Origin: Dokdonella sp.
GTDB lineage: Bacteria > Pseudomonadota > Gammaproteobacteria > Xanthomonadales > Rhodanobacteraceae
Reading direction: 5' to 3'
DNA: 64,000 bases
Assembly (NCBI RefSeq): GCF_039926425.1
Contig: NZ_JBDSWZ010000079.1
Location: forward strand, 82 to 64,081
Shown: one piece after another, positions 62,999 to 64,000 of the stretch
Layout of the letters: each line of letters opens with the position of its first letter
Position numbering within the stretch: position 1 is the first letter of the stretch
Notes under the pieces: generated by a model
Told to the model about the DNA's origin: nothing
What the model saw: only the letters and a program-made list of their open reading frames with translations
The model's database searches: none
Program-made: the position numbers and the translations under genes

Positions 62999-64000
62999 CT
63001 ATTTTGCGGGCGCGGCGGACGCCGGAGTCGGAAGCGGCGCATTGGCTGTCGGATTGTCCTGGTTCTCCTTCAGCCACAGCATCGAGGCATGCACGCGCTG
63101 GTATCCGCTCGGATGATCATAAAAGAGGATTTCCTCGAGCGGGCCGGGTTGCAACTTGCGATACGCCGACAGACGCATCGCAGCCATCGCGAAACCGTTC
63201 GGTTCGCGTGCGGCGTTCAGTCCGAACGCGTCGGCTTCCGCTTCCATCTGCCGGATGATTGAATTGACAAGTGGCGTTGCGGCAAAGAAAAACACCGAGA
63301 GGATGGCGATTGCGAGTGGTAACGCAGCAACGTCGCCGCGATCGCGCAATCCCAGCCGGCCACCCCAACGCGCGAGCAGGCGGTCGAACACGCAATGGAC
63401 GAACCAGAACCCGAACACGATCACCAAGGTGATGTACACGCTGTTGCGCAACCCGTGATTGAGGACGTAGTGACCCATCTCATGCCCCATCACCGCCTTG
63501 ATTTCCGGCTGCGAGGTCTTGTCGAGCAGGTTGTCGTTCAACGCGACGCGTGTGGTCCCTGCGAAGCCGGCCACGTTGGCGCTGACCCGCGTGGTCTGTC
63601 GCGAAGCATCGAACTCGACCACGTTGTCGGTCGGGATCCGGTTTGCGCGTGCCATCGACAGCACCGCCTGGCGCGCGACGCCTTCGCGCAGCGGCGTGTA
63701 CTTGTTGAACAGCGGCTCGACGAACACCGGCGCGAACATCATCACGAACAGGATCAGCACGAACGCGCCGCCGCCGGCCCACACCCACCAGCGCGCACCG
63801 GCGCGGCGAACAGACGCATAGAGCAGCGCGATGACCAGCGGCACCAGGATCAGCGACACCATCAATGCCTTCAGCTGGTCGCCGAACCAGCCGCCAAAAC
63901 CCTGCGTCGCAAGTCCGTACTGGTGTTCGCGCAAGAAGCCTTCGTAGATGGACAGCGGCAAACCCAGCACGAAACCCGCCAGCAGCCACAGCAGCGCGTA
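62999..64000 (-). CDS. M48 (Ste24/HtpX-like) metallopeptidase, 5' end outside the window
   Basis: HEMGH zinc motif, NAxxxG-like ANVAG, EAEADAFG and YDHP; frame is open to the window edge. Confidence 0.92.
   Translation of the reverse strand, partial: YALLWLLAGFVLGLPLSIYEGFLREHQYGLATQGFGGWFGDQLKALMVSLILVPLVIALLYASVRRAGARWWVWAGGGAFVLILFVMMFAPVFVEPLFNKYTPLREGVARQAVLSMARANRIPTDNVVEFDASRQTTRVSANVAGFAGTTRVALNDNLLDKTSQPEIKAVMGHEMGHYVLNHGLRNSVYITLVIVFGFWFVHCVFDRLLARWGGRLGLRDRGDVAALPLAIAILSVFFFAATPLVNSIIRQMEAEADAFGLNAAREPNGFAMAAMRLSAYRKLQPGPLEEILFYDHPSGYQRVHASMLWLKENQDNPTANAPLPTPASAAPAK

Overview
GC-rich genomic window from a probable Xanthomonadales/Lysobacterales (Rhodanobacteraceae, Dokdonella-like) bacterium. 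The host assignment is inferred from core-gene order and repeat types, not from a search. Positions 1-30753 are the right-hand part of an anoxygenic photosynthesis gene cluster (PGC): crtI (partial), idi, an alpha/beta hydrolase, bchD, bchI, heme oxygenase, a BphP1-type bacteriophytochrome, an HTH-less PpsR paralog, tspO, bchP, pucC-like, bchG, ppsR, aerR/ppaA, bchFNBHLM, lhaA, puhABC, acsF and puhE. An orphan triheme cytochrome c follows. puf and bchCXYZ are not in the window. The remainder is host backbone and accessory genes: trpE, a PdsR/PdsS-like two-component system, rpe, djlA-like, purC, a lipase, secreted proteins with DGF(E/D) tails, lpdA/aceF, an FHA-GGDEF protein opposite a Ser/Thr kinase, and an M48 peptidase. 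The most unusual element is the rewired light/redox regulatory module. It comprises a BphP1 phytochrome next to a PpsR2-like partner lacking the DNA-binding HTH, and an AerR lacking the cobalamin-ligating His. Several start codons were corrected from the ORF track using RBS, gene overlap and homology.
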